DNA of 64,000 bases from a virus. Position 1 is the stretch's first letter, and each line of letters starts with the position of its first letter. The translations under genes and the position numbers were made by a program. Location: positions 60,120 through 124,119 of IMG/VR virus record IMGVR_UViG_3300035698_016128; one strand, given 5' to 3'. The notes under the pieces are model-generated. The model saw only the letters and a program-made list of their open reading frames with translations, ran no database searches and had not been told where the DNA came from. Of the stretch, positions 49,006-59,478 are shown one piece after another.

Positions 49006-49565
49006 AGTTACTACATGGCTATATAATGTAGGCCATGAGAATGATGCTACTCACATGGACTCCTTCCATGACAGTTATATCGAAGCCTGCACTTACATCA
49101 AAGATTTTGTGGAGTTTATCAAAGACGAAAATGCAGACTTCTTCATGATAGAAAGCGAGTGACCCCGGCATGGAAAATCCTTCTGTACGTATTGATTTCT
49201 TTGGCCCACAGACATGGATACAGCGGTGGCGCAACATCTTTATCATATGCAAGAAATCAAATGAGATGCGCAAAATCACCGGCTACCGTGCAAAGTGGAG
49301 GACTATCAAGAGTTTCATTTGGTACCTGCACATGACGCGATGCTCCAAGAAGGCTGGAAGTTGGATGTATAGGCGCAGCAATGCTCAGGCAGCGGCAGCT
49401 AAAAATGGGCTTGTCCTAAATATTAGCCCGCTTCCGCCAAAGAAGATACGCAAGGAAATGTACAGGCAAATGAATGAAGTCAAGAAGGCCGAAGAAGAAA
49501 TGAAGAGAAGACTTCCAAATTTATATATACCATTCCCTCCCACCGGCAGTCAGGAGCCACAATGA
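48899..49565 (+). other. two small hypothetical CDSs (about 48899-49162, 49170-49565)
   Basis: ORF track and RBSs. Confidence 0.5.
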
Positions 49566-50197
49566 AAGCAGACGTGCTTCGAATTCAAAGAACATTATTC
49601 GCCAGAAACCTCAGTACCACCCATTATGTGGACGGTAAATTCATAGCCGATTGTGTTACACTCTTCTCCCGCCTCAAGTGCCAGAATTGCGGACTGTACG
49701 GACGCGCTATTCTCTGCCCACCGCTTCAAGCCATGACGCTACCGCAATTTGAGACCATTAATGGGTGCCGGGACTACTACCTTCATCATGTCAAAGGGGC
49801 AACAGTCTTCGTGTTTAAGAATGACGGCACTAAGCCGTGGAAACGCAATGAGAAGGAACTTGCACACATTGAGTTTAAAAGACGCTATGGGAGGCAACTC
49901 AAGGGCGTGGAAAACGGTTCTGCAAAGGAAATCAACAAGCAAATGAAGAAGCTTCAAACCCGTATGCGAAAAAGCGGGTTCAAGGCACGTTCTCTTATCG
50001 CTGGTCACTGTGACGTATGCGTGGGGCATCACAGGTGTCCGAACCGTGAGAACCCTCCGTGCAAAAAGGATGGCCTCACAAGCCTGGAGGCTACCGGCAT
50101 TGATGTATACAAAATGCTACACGGGCTGAAGGTATCGTTTGAGTATCCTGCTTTAAACGAGCTCACTCAGGTAACGATGATGGTGGTGGAAAAATGA
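49562..50197 (+). CDS. DUF2284-like metal-binding protein
   Basis: CQNCGLYG...CPP; AGHCDVC...C...C...SLEATGIDV. Confidence 0.75.
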   Translation: MKADVLRIQRTLFARNLSTTHYVDGKFIADCVTLFSRLKCQNCGLYGRAILCPPLQAMTLPQFETINGCRDYYLHHVKGATVFVFKNDGTKPWKRNEKELAHIEFKRRYGRQLKGVENGSAKEINKQMKKLQTRMRKSGFKARSLIAGHCDVCVGHHRCPNRENPPCKKDGLTSLEATGIDVYKMLHGLKVSFEYPALNELTQVTMMVVEK

Positions 50198-50738
50198 AAC
50201 GCTATGATGCATACAAGATTGAAAGAAGAGGCACGCAATTCAGAGTATTACGTAAGATAAAAACTTTTTTCAAAGGAGTGCATTGGCGTGAAATGGGCAA
50301 TAACCACGTTGATATGGGCGGATTAATTACATTTGTACCAAAAATATATAATTGTGAAGAAGATGCGCTTGGCTCAATTGCTAAGATGAGAGAGGCTGAA
50401 TCAAATATTAGCAAAGAATGGAAACAAATAAACAAATTGGGGAAAGACAAATGAAAAAAGCAATCGTATTGTTTGCGCTGGCTATGGCCCTAGCAACTCT
50501 CCCTGCGTGCACAGAGGCAGAAACATATTGGTGTAAGCAAATCGCTGATATGGATGTTAGGCAAGGTAGTTGGGGAGCCTCATCCAAATTCATAATAATA
50601 TTTACAGATAAAACAAAAATTATATATATATGCGACGGAAATAGACCAAGAGATTTCTGTTGGAGTACCCCAATGTCCGGCGGTTTCTTTTGCATGACAA
50701 ATAGGGGAGCAACGTATAGTTCAAGGAGGAGCAAATAA
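50194..50738 (+). other. two small CDSs: 50194-50454 and lipoprotein-like 50451-50738
   Basis: Lipobox-like LPAC. Confidence 0.55.
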
Positions 50739-50739
50739 T

Positions 50740-51360
50740 ATGAACGAAGAAGAACGCATTGCAAAATACTTTGCCGATCATAAGAGTTTCACATGGGCAC
50801 CGCCCAACAATCCCGGCATACGATTGGTTAGAAAAATAAGATTAAAAAATGTTGAGGTTAAGCTTGACATAAAGAAGCTGACGAAGTTAAAATGTTACCT
50901 ATACCAAGTGGAAAAGCTTGGTATCACTGCGCTAAACCTCCAGCAAGAATTCGAAGGCAAGACTCTGATGATATACGAAAAGAAGGGTGGCAACCCCTCT
51001 TCTCGACGCAGGAAGTGTCCGTGGTGCTATGCCCCAACTGATGATTTTTTAGAACACATCAGCGAGGTTCATAACAAAAGCATTACAAATATTGTGTATC
51101 TTAAGTTTCAACAGAACCTTTACAAAGAATTGTTACGTGTCGTGCGGGAAACCCGCTTCTACTTCGCAACCATGTTTCTGAACGCTGGCTGTCAGTTATG
51201 TGATAATCCGGTAATGAAGGGGCGGGAACTGTGCTGTTCCATTCCAACATCGTTTCGCGACAGGGCAAGGAACCTGAGAGTGCTTGGGCTTTATGCAGAC
51301 GGGCTTGATCAGGAGTACCTGACGAACCCTGAAATGGGGCAGATACTTCTCGCACCGTAA
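50740..51360 (+). CDS. C2H2 Zn finger plus DUF2284-like protein
   Basis: CPWC...H...H; FLNAGCQLC...C...RARNL..LG. Confidence 0.6.
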   Translation: MNEEERIAKYFADHKSFTWAPPNNPGIRLVRKIRLKNVEVKLDIKKLTKLKCYLYQVEKLGITALNLQQEFEGKTLMIYEKKGGNPSSRRRKCPWCYAPTDDFLEHISEVHNKSITNIVYLKFQQNLYKELLRVVRETRFYFATMFLNAGCQLCDNPVMKGRELCCSIPTSFRDRARNLRVLGLYADGLDQEYLTNPEMGQILLAP

Positions 51361-51375
51361 GGAGAGTAACCCGCA

Positions 51376-52566
51376 ATGCTATTGACTGTAGAAGAAACTA
51401 ATGTCAATTCTCTATTTTATAAGACAATAAAAGACCATGACCTTCATGGGGAGATACAGCATATACGTGGCACTACTCGCAAAGAAATACAGAATTATAT
51501 GTTCAGGCTTCATACCCCCGCACAGAATATGTTGTTCATCCCATACCGCTACACGAACCCTCCTGCTATCATCGCAGAGACCCTGTGGGTACTAGCTGGC
51601 CGAGATGATATGTGGTTTCTGAAGTACTATCTTAAGAACGCCGTGAAATATAGCGACGACGGTTTAGTATGGCGTGGAGCATACGGGCCACGACTGTGCA
51701 ACTACCCCACCAAAGATGATGAGGGTCGGGGCGTGATCGTTAATCAAATTGACAGGTTGCTTTCTTACATGAGACGGGACCGCCTCACCACACGCGGTAT
51801 GCTGGTAATCCCTGACGGTAGGGATTATCAACTCAACGAGGACGGCGAAGAGAAGATAGATGAACCCTGCACCATATTCGTTCAGTACATGCACCGGGAG
51901 TCAACTCTCAACTGTACAGTAAACATGCGAAGCAACGACATAGTATTAGGATGCTTCAATGTGAACCTATTCGAATGGACATACCTACAGCAACTTATCG
52001 CTAATGAATTGAATACCGCAACTGGTTTCTACACAGTCACCGCAACGAGCATGCACATGTATCAGAATTGGATTAAAGCCCTGCCCCTTCTCATTGACAA
52101 TGAACCTTCCCTTGATATATATTCAGTCATAGAACCTAAGAAGCAAACCCTTAATTGGACGCAGTTTAAAGTAGAGCTTCCGAAGCTATTATATTTCGAA
52201 CAGGAACTACGTAAAACGAGTCATGATCAATTCACTGATTATGCCCTAAGCCTACAGCCAAAACTCCACGAAGACCTTTATGATGCCCTATTGGTGATGA
52301 TGGTTACGCTTGCGCATAAGCAGTCAGCCCACGCTTCATTGGGCGTCCTATTGCCCTTGATGAAGAATGACGTTTGGCTTGTGGCAAGCCTTGAGTATAT
52401 GGTCAGACGGCTAGGCACCACCTTTCACAGCTTGGTACGTAAAATCTTTGAAGAGACCCTTGCTGTACGATATGAAAAATACCAACTCATTTTGTTCAAC
52501 TACATCTTCCATAGCTTGAACGAAAAAGAAGCTAGGGATCGACTAGAAGGAATAAGGGCAAGGTGA
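51376..52566 (+). CDS. thymidylate-synthase-fold protein, dUMP hydroxymethylase-like
   Basis: AETLWVLAGR, GAYGPR, EPCT, MRSNDIVLGCFNVNLFEW, SMHMY; long C-terminal extension. Confidence 0.75.
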   Translation: MLLTVEETNVNSLFYKTIKDHDLHGEIQHIRGTTRKEIQNYMFRLHTPAQNMLFIPYRYTNPPAIIAETLWVLAGRDDMWFLKYYLKNAVKYSDDGLVWRGAYGPRLCNYPTKDDEGRGVIVNQIDRLLSYMRRDRLTTRGMLVIPDGRDYQLNEDGEEKIDEPCTIFVQYMHRESTLNCTVNMRSNDIVLGCFNVNLFEWTYLQQLIANELNTATGFYTVTATSMHMYQNWIKALPLLIDNEPSLDIYSVIEPKKQTLNWTQFKVELPKLLYFEQELRKTSHDQFTDYALSLQPKLHEDLYDALLVMMVTLAHKQSAHASLGVLLPLMKNDVWLVASLEYMVRRLGTTFHSLVRKIFEETLAVRYEKYQLILFNYIFHSLNEKEARDRLEGIRAR

Positions 52567-52771
52567 TGGGCCATAAATTCACACAGGCAAATATAGATAA
52601 ATTAGAAATGGATAAGAAGATTGCTAAGATTTTAAATGATTTTCAAGAGAAATGGAGATTGAAAGTTACATCTGTATACCTTCAATACCTTTAAGAAGAA
52701 TTCTCAACTGATCAGCCAATAAGAAATGTAGATGTAAATACATCAATAGAAGAATCACTATAGGAGAAAGA

Positions 52772-54970
52772 ATGAAGCTTACACCTACGGCGCGAAAAGT
52801 CCTGAACAAACGTTACCTCAGAAAGGATGAGCATGGGGTTGTAATTGAGAAGCCCGAAGATATGTTTCGGCGAGTTGCTGACGCAGTATCTGAACCTGAA
52901 TCTCGAAAAGAAGATGGAACAAATGGCCCTCCGTATCAAACGCAAAAAAGAGAAGAATGGAGAGATAAATTTTACAATGCAATGACCAGCATGGAGTTCC
53001 TCCCCAACAGCCCTACGCTCATGAATGCTGGCCGAGTGCTTGGTCAGCTATCTGCATGCTTTGTCCTTCCGGTTGGGGATAGCATCGAAGAGATATTTGA
53101 TGCTGTAAAGTATACTGCCTTGATTCATAAGAGTGGGGGCGGTACAGGGTTTGACTTCTCTAAGCTACGTCCAAGTAACGATACCGTTAAGACAACACAG
53201 GGTATATCAAGTGGCCCTGTGAGTTTCATGTCCGTGTTTGACTGCGCCACGGAAACAATAAAGCAGGGCGGTACACGCAGGGGTGCCAACATGGGCATTC
53301 TCCGATGCGATCACCCGAACATCCTCGACTTCATTGACTGCAAGGATTCCAGCCGACACAGCAACTTCAATATCAGTGTAGCCGCCACCGATGAATTTAT
53401 GCGAGCCGTCAACAACGATGAGAACTACAATATCACCAACCCACGCACCGGAGAAGTCGTAAGGGAAATTAGTGCCGTCCATGTCATGCAGTGCATTGTC
53501 GAACAGGCATGGCGACACGGCGACCCCGGTCTTATCTTCATTGATGAAATAAATAAGCACAATCCCACCCCGCACCTTGGTCGTATCCGTGCAACAAACC
53601 CATGTGGCGAACAGCCGTTATTGCCATGGGAAAGTTGCAACCTCGGAAGTATCAACCTTGCAAAGTTCGCTTCTGATAGCGGATTTGACATGGTACGGTT
53701 GGAAGAAACTATCCGCCTTGGGGTACGGTTTCTTGATAATGTTACAGACATTAATAAGTATCCTCTTGAAGAAATTGACAGGGTGACCAAAAGCACAAGG
53801 AAGATAGGGCTTGGCGTTATGGGGTGGGCTGATGCGCTTGCCATAATGGGCTTGAGATATGACAGTGAAAAAGCAATCACCAAGGCCCAAAGATTAATGC
53901 ATGAATTCAGATCCATTGCAACTGAGGAAAGCAAACACCTTGGCGAACAACGAGGCTTCTACCCTGAATGCCAAAATGTGCCAAACAACCCCGAGCATCC
54001 AAGGCGCAATGCGACCGTCACAACTATCGCACCCACCGGAACCCTCAGTGTCATTGCCGGATGCAGTAGTGGTATTGAACCGTTCTTCGCATTAGCTATG
54101 CGCCGTAACATAATGGACGACGATACCTTTTTTGAAATTCAAAACACAGTGGAAGACATGTTGGCGGAAGCGCCTGATGGTTTTCGTATCTCCGAACACA
54201 TCAAGAGTACAGGTTCTCTCGAAGGATGCAAATATGTCACACCTGACATGGAAAGCATTTTTCGAACAAGCCACCAAATCCATTTCAAATGGCATATCAG
54301 AATGCAAGCGATGTTTCAGGTATACATCGACAATGCTGTGAGCAAGACCATCAACCTGCCACACGAGGCAACCGAAGAGGATATCAAAGAAGCTTATCTA
54401 GAAGCATGGGGAACAAAGTGTAAGGGCATTACGATTTATCGCGACCGTAGTAGAGATGCCCAAGTTCTTGAAGCTGGTCATGGAGAAGTAACAATCATGG
54501 TTGATGAAAAGGCAAAAACAGAACCGAAGGACAGGCCAAAGCAAATGAATGGCACCACCGGCAGGATTGATACGAGTTGTGGAACAATGTATGTGACCCT
54601 GAATCGTGATGCGAGTGGCAAGCCATTTGAGGTTTTCACAACCATAGGAAAGGCCGGGGGGTGTGCTTCCAGCCAAAGCGAAGCGCTTGGTAGGCTCATT
54701 TCCCTTTGTTTAAGGGCCGAAATCAAGCCCTCACACGTAATTAAGCAGTTGAGGGGTATCACGTGCCACCTACCGTGTGGCTTCGGCCCTAACAAGGTAT
54801 CTTCGTGTCCTGATGCTGTTGCCCTTGCAATACAGGAGATACTTGGCGAAGAAGCAGTGCCGGAAGAAGTCAAGAAGAATAATCGTGGTGCTTGTCCCGA
54901 TTGTAATGCGCCCATTGAACCCGGAGGCGGTTGTGTCGCGTGCAGAATATGCGGCTGGGCAGAATGCTGA
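52772..54970 (+). CDS. nrdJ: class II (B12-dependent) ribonucleotide reductase with TSCPD-like C-terminus
   Basis: PNSPTLMNAG, SACFV, GGGTG, TNPCGEQ, CNLGSIN, TIAPTGT, KGITIYRD. Confidence 0.92.
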   Translation: MKLTPTARKVLNKRYLRKDEHGVVIEKPEDMFRRVADAVSEPESRKEDGTNGPPYQTQKREEWRDKFYNAMTSMEFLPNSPTLMNAGRVLGQLSACFVLPVGDSIEEIFDAVKYTALIHKSGGGTGFDFSKLRPSNDTVKTTQGISSGPVSFMSVFDCATETIKQGGTRRGANMGILRCDHPNILDFIDCKDSSRHSNFNISVAATDEFMRAVNNDENYNITNPRTGEVVREISAVHVMQCIVEQAWRHGDPGLIFIDEINKHNPTPHLGRIRATNPCGEQPLLPWESCNLGSINLAKFASDSGFDMVRLEETIRLGVRFLDNVTDINKYPLEEIDRVTKSTRKIGLGVMGWADALAIMGLRYDSEKAITKAQRLMHEFRSIATEESKHLGEQRGFYPECQNVPNNPEHPRRNATVTTIAPTGTLSVIAGCSSGIEPFFALAMRRNIMDDDTFFEIQNTVEDMLAEAPDGFRISEHIKSTGSLEGCKYVTPDMESIFRTSHQIHFKWHIRMQAMFQVYIDNAVSKTINLPHEATEEDIKEAYLEAWGTKCKGITIYRDRSRDAQVLEAGHGEVTIMVDEKAKTEPKDRPKQMNGTTGRIDTSCGTMYVTLNRDASGKPFEVFTTIGKAGGCASSQSEALGRLISLCLRAEIKPSHVIKQLRGITCHLPCGFGPNKVSSCPDAVALAIQEILGEEAVPEEVKKNNRGACPDCNAPIEPGGGCVACRICGWAEC

Positions 54971-55108
54971 ATTTTGCCCAGACTGCAATGTAGAAATGAA
55001 ACAGAAGCGTATGTACCTTGTACGTGATATGTCAGAACTCTTCTGGCTATGCCCAAAATGCGGTAAAGTATGGCGATTGTATAATAACCTAAAGTAAAGG
55101 AGACCATC

Positions 55109-55606
55109 ATGGCAGAGAAAAAGAAACACGCCCATTCAATCAACGACACATTCACCCTACAAGGCAACGGAATTGATGGGGGCTTCTACGCCATACCGGA
55201 CAGCAGTGGGTTGCCAGTTATCGTAGGATGCATACTGACTGACGGTACGAATATTGCGCGGGGTATGTCCTTCTACAAATACGAGCCGGAGTGGCCCTGC
55301 AATATCGAGATGGGTTCTCGCGGTGCTCTGTGGAATGCGATGAAGGCCATGACGGAAAAGAAAAACTCAAGCCCATTCAATATATTCTCACAGACAGAAT
55401 ATGAAACGGATGGTAAGAAAATCACGCCACGTATTCGTGACTGCGGGAAGCACCTGTTTATCCACGGACTTGAATGGCTGGTTGACGCACAGCACAACAT
55501 CTACCACAGCTTCTATAACCCGAAGCGCCTCACCAAGAAAGAAAAACGAATCATCTTCAGCATCAAGCGTAAGGAGAGAGAAGCCAGCAAAACCGACACC
55601 GTTTAA
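55109..55606 (+). CDS. hypothetical protein
   Basis: AAGGAG RBS. Confidence 0.65.
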   Translation: MAEKKKHAHSINDTFTLQGNGIDGGFYAIPDSSGLPVIVGCILTDGTNIARGMSFYKYEPEWPCNIEMGSRGALWNAMKAMTEKKNSSPFNIFSQTEYETDGKKITPRIRDCGKHLFIHGLEWLVDAQHNIYHSFYNPKRLTKKEKRIIFSIKRKEREASKTDTV

Positions 55607-55621
55607 GCCAAGGGGAAGGGC

Positions 55622-56200
55622 ATGCTTGTACAACCAAACCTGAATAAAGAACAGTTGTTCATGGAGATGTGCGTGACACTCTCTCGGGCGAGCAAGTGCA
55701 TTTCGAGAAGGGTAGGCGCTGTCATTGTCGGCCCTGAGAATGTGGTCCTGTCTACAGGATACAACGGCCCTCCGAGAAATGTTCCGCATTGTGGTGACAG
55801 ATACTTCGCCGACCAAGCGCTTATCAAGGAACTTACGAGGCGGGGTATTGATCCCAACCTATACAACCGGCGACATTCCTCCTTCGGCGGCACGGTTCCT
55901 TGTCCCAGAAATGTCATGCAGTTCCCCTCTGGTGAAGGAATGGAGTGGTGCATAGCAAGCCACGCAGAACAGAATGCAATACTTCAATCAGCAATGGTAG
56001 GGGGGCCAGCGCTTCGGGGAAGTCGTATGTATATCAGTGCTCCTTCGCCGTGCAGAGAATGCATGAAGGCAATCATCCAAGCTGGCATTGTTGAGTTGAT
56101 ATGCCAAGGCAAAGGGTGGTATGATGGTTCTGTCAAATTCTTGGCACAGTCAACGGGCATCAAAATCCGCAAGCACATAGACCCTAGGCAAGAGGCATAG
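55622..56200 (+). CDS. dCMP deaminase
   Basis: STGYNG, HAEQNA, PCRECMK. Confidence 0.92.
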   Translation: MLVQPNLNKEQLFMEMCVTLSRASKCISRRVGAVIVGPENVVLSTGYNGPPRNVPHCGDRYFADQALIKELTRRGIDPNLYNRRHSSFGGTVPCPRNVMQFPSGEGMEWCIASHAEQNAILQSAMVGGPALRGSRMYISAPSPCRECMKAIIQAGIVELICQGKGWYDGSVKFLAQSTGIKIRKHIDPRQEA

Positions 56201-56201
56201 C

Positions 56202-59200
56202 ATGAAATTCGCCCACCTCCATCTTCATTCTGACGGTAGCTTACTTGATGGTGTAGCTACCCCAAAGTCATTTCTCGAAGCGGCAAAGAAAAAAGGGATA
56301 GCCGCGATTGCATTCACAGACCATGGTGCCATGGGCGTGCACTTGGAGGCTCAGCTTGAAGCGGCGAAGATTGAAGATTGCCCGAAGGTACTATTTGGGA
56401 GTGAATTCTATGTTGTGGATGACATTGATGCCCGTGTACGTGCTGAACCCAAACGGCACCTCGTACTCATTGCCAAGGATAATGATGGATACAAGAACCT
56501 CATTGCCCTGAACAACTTTGCATGGCGCAACTTCTATTACAAGCCAAGGGTAGACTTCGAAACAATCAAGAAGCATTCCAAAGGGCTCGTAGCCCTAAGC
56601 GCTTGTGCGAAGGGCGTTGTTGGCAGTCACATACTTGCCAATGATTACGACAACGCGATTAAAGCCACCAAGAAGTACAAGAAGGTCTTTGGCAGTGACT
56701 TCTATCTTGAGATGCAATTAATCAACATCATGGTTGATGGCGTTAATCTCCAAGAGAATGTCAACGAGGCAATGCTCGTACTATCCAAGAAGTTTAATAT
56801 TGAATACGTCATTACAAATGATTGCCATTACATTGAGGCAAAGGACCACGAGCTCCAATCAAAGGTGCTTCACCTTTCCACCGATGTCGGGTTTATATTT
56901 GCAACGAATGACCTTTGGCTACGTACCAAAGATGAATTCGAACAGGCCCGCAAGGAGTACTTTGAAGATACCATCACGCATAAGGCCATGCTCAAAGGGC
57001 TGAAGAATACAATAAAGATTGCTGAGCAGTGCGATGTTAATATACCGATTGGCGGTCAGCACATCCCTGAGTTCGATCACACCATGCATAAGGAATACAA
57101 GAAGGGCAGTAAGAAAGAGTTCTTTCATCGCCTATGTAAGAGAAAACTGAACGCATTCCTCATGGATAATCCAAAGCTTGATCAGGCTGAATACATGGAG
57201 CGACTTGATTATGAGCTCGACGCGATTGATAAGATGGGTGCGATTGATTATTTCCTTATTGTGGAAGATCTCATTGCTTACCTCCGTGGTCTTGGCAATC
57301 TCGTTCTTATCAGAGGCAGTGCCAACGGCAGTCTGGTTTGCTACGTTCTTCGGTTTGGTTACATTGACCCTATTAAACACCAGATACTTTTCGATAGATT
57401 TATTTCTCCTGCTCGTGTTGAATCTGGCCTTTTTGATGTTGACATTGATATTGATATGGAGTCAGAAATCAGGTCTGTTGCCCTAGTTTATTTAAAGGAG
57501 CGCTACGGCGAAGATAAAGTCTGTAGCGTTGGCAGTTACGGGCGCTTGCAGTGGAAGGCCGCGATTAAAGATATGGCACGTGTTGAGGCGCTGGAAATCA
57601 AATACAAAATTGATAAGGATAAGTCTTTATCGACAGGTGAAATATTAGAGTTGGAAGATAGGCTGTCGCAGGTAAGTTTCCAGCAAATGAATAATGTCAC
57701 CCGCCTACTTGAGCATGGTAGCAAGCAGGAAGGTGGGGATATTTCCATAGAAGAGAGCATTCAGAAGTACCCCGAACTTGAGAAGTGGTGGGCTATAAAT
57801 AAAAATTGGATCAAACGCTTTGTTGCCCCTGTTGTTGGCATACGCAAGAGTGCCAGCATACATCCCGCCAGTGTTGTCGTGCTCCCCGGTGCGCTTGATG
57901 ATTGGCTTCCGGTCAGAAGTCAACCTAATCCCAGAAATAAAAATGAAAGACTTCTCTGTACCCAGTGGGAAGGCTCACATACAGGCCGAGAAGACTTACG
58001 TGCATACGGGGTAATGGCACTCGACGTCCTTGGAGTTAAAACATTATCAATCTGTGCCGCCGCAATGCGGGATGTCAAAAAGAATCATGGTGCTGATATT
58101 TCTTTCGAATCAATGTCACTGAAAGACAAGAGAACAATCCGTGGCTTCAAGGAGGGAGAAACTCTTGGCGTGTTCCAGTTGAGCGCCCCAACGGTTACAC
58201 AGATTGTTAAAGACATTGCCCCTGACTGCTTCGCTGATGTAGCCAACCTGACAGCCATTGACAGGCCGGGGGCGTTAGCGAATAAGGCCCATGTGAGCTA
58301 TGCCAAGCGTAAACACGGCAAGGAACCCGTTGAGGTACTGCACCCTAGCATTTCCCCTATCATGCATGACACCTACGGCATTCCAATATACAGTGAACAC
58401 ATCATGCTTATATCCAAGGCGTTCGCAGGGTTCTCTCCCGTTGAGGCCGAACACTTACGGCAGTTGATGAAAAGCAAGGACAGGAAAATATTCGCCCAGT
58501 ACGAAGAGAAATTTATTAAGGGCGCAATGAAACTCCATGGGAAAAAGGTTGAAGCGCGGGCCAATAAAATTTGGAAGATGATACTAAAATTCGGGGCGTA
58601 CAGTTTTCCAAAAGCGCACGCCACAAGTTACGGACTCATCTCGTGGATGACAATGTACCTCAAAACAAATTACCCGGCTGAGTTTTTCGCAAGCCATCTG
58701 AACTACAGTGATCATAAGGGCTACGCCGAAATCAGAGCAGTTGCCAAGCGTCACTATAAGATAAAATTTGTACTTCCTGAAGTTAATGCCTCGTCCGATA
58801 AATTCACAGTAAGGGACGGAAAGATTATATGGTCACTCAGTGGCATCAAGGGCATTGGCGGTAAGGCGCTTGAAGATATTGTAGCAAAGCAACCCTTCAC
58901 ATCGTTTGACGATTTCCATGAGCGTGTGAATAAGCGACAGGTAAACGTAGCAAGGATAACAAGTCTCATATATGCAGGGTGCTTCAGAAAGTTTGGAGAA
59001 CCGTTGCAGTTATTCAAGCGACTGTTTGATCTTCGCAAGGCTGAGAAGAAGAAAGAGGTATTCAATAAAGAGCTTGAGTCATATGGGAAATCAGATTGGC
59101 TTAAGGCCAAGACTGAATTCCTTGGCTTCCAAACAGCAGGGTTCCAAACCTTATTCAAGGCTGATATAGTGGGCTATACGTTCACCCCGCTATCAGAATT

Positions 59201-59477
59201 CAGCTTCGCTTCGTCGTACGATAACGTGCGCATGTTCGGGCAAGCCAACAAGGTGAGAGTATTCGACTCGCGTGTGGGGCGTATCATGTCCGGCGTTATC
59301 ACAGACATAGACGGCACAATCAATTGGGTAGTATGGGCAGATAAATATGAGGAGATAAAAAAGGAAATCGCAATACGCGATGGCGATATGATTATGATTG
59401 AAGGAACCAAACGTAAGAACCGTGATGAATGGAGCTTGTCAATAGGCAAGGGTGGCTCCATTAAAAAGGTGGCATGA
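56202..59477 (+). CDS. dnaE: DNA polymerase III alpha subunit
   Basis: PHP domain HLHLH/TDHG/NDCH; RGSANGS; DVDIDID; YSFPKAHA; OB fold. Confidence 0.95.
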   Translation: MKFAHLHLHSDGSLLDGVATPKSFLEAAKKKGIAAIAFTDHGAMGVHLEAQLEAAKIEDCPKVLFGSEFYVVDDIDARVRAEPKRHLVLIAKDNDGYKNLIALNNFAWRNFYYKPRVDFETIKKHSKGLVALSACAKGVVGSHILANDYDNAIKATKKYKKVFGSDFYLEMQLINIMVDGVNLQENVNEAMLVLSKKFNIEYVITNDCHYIEAKDHELQSKVLHLSTDVGFIFATNDLWLRTKDEFEQARKEYFEDTITHKAMLKGLKNTIKIAEQCDVNIPIGGQHIPEFDHTMHKEYKKGSKKEFFHRLCKRKLNAFLMDNPKLDQAEYMERLDYELDAIDKMGAIDYFLIVEDLIAYLRGLGNLVLIRGSANGSLVCYVLRFGYIDPIKHQILFDRFISPARVESGLFDVDIDIDMESEIRSVALVYLKERYGEDKVCSVGSYGRLQWKAAIKDMARVEALEIKYKIDKDKSLSTGEILELEDRLSQVSFQQMNNVTRLLEHGSKQEGGDISIEESIQKYPELEKWWAINKNWIKRFVAPVVGIRKSASIHPASVVVLPGALDDWLPVRSQPNPRNKNERLLCTQWEGSHTGREDLRAYGVMALDVLGVKTLSICAAAMRDVKKNHGADISFESMSLKDKRTIRGFKEGETLGVFQLSAPTVTQIVKDIAPDCFADVANLTAIDRPGALANKAHVSYAKRKHGKEPVEVLHPSISPIMHDTYGIPIYSEHIMLISKAFAGFSPVEAEHLRQLMKSKDRKIFAQYEEKFIKGAMKLHGKKVEARANKIWKMILKFGAYSFPKAHATSYGLISWMTMYLKTNYPAEFFASHLNYSDHKGYAEIRAVAKRHYKIKFVLPEVNASSDKFTVRDGKIIWSLSGIKGIGGKALEDIVAKQPFTSFDDFHERVNKRQVNVARITSLIYAGCFRKFGEPLQLFKRLFDLRKAEKKKEVFNKELESYGKSDWLKAKTEFLGFQTAGFQTLFKADIVGYTFTPLSEFSFASSYDNVRMFGQANKVRVFDSRVGRIMSGVITDIDGTINWVVWADKYEEIKKEIAIRDGDMIMIEGTKRKNRDEWSLSIGKGGSIKKVA

Positions 59478-59478
59478 T

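Noticed and set aside
52772-59477. Inteins or introns in nrdJ, dnaE and dnaB
   Set aside because: Lengths are normal, reading frames are uninterrupted, and no splice or LAGLIDADG motifs were seen.
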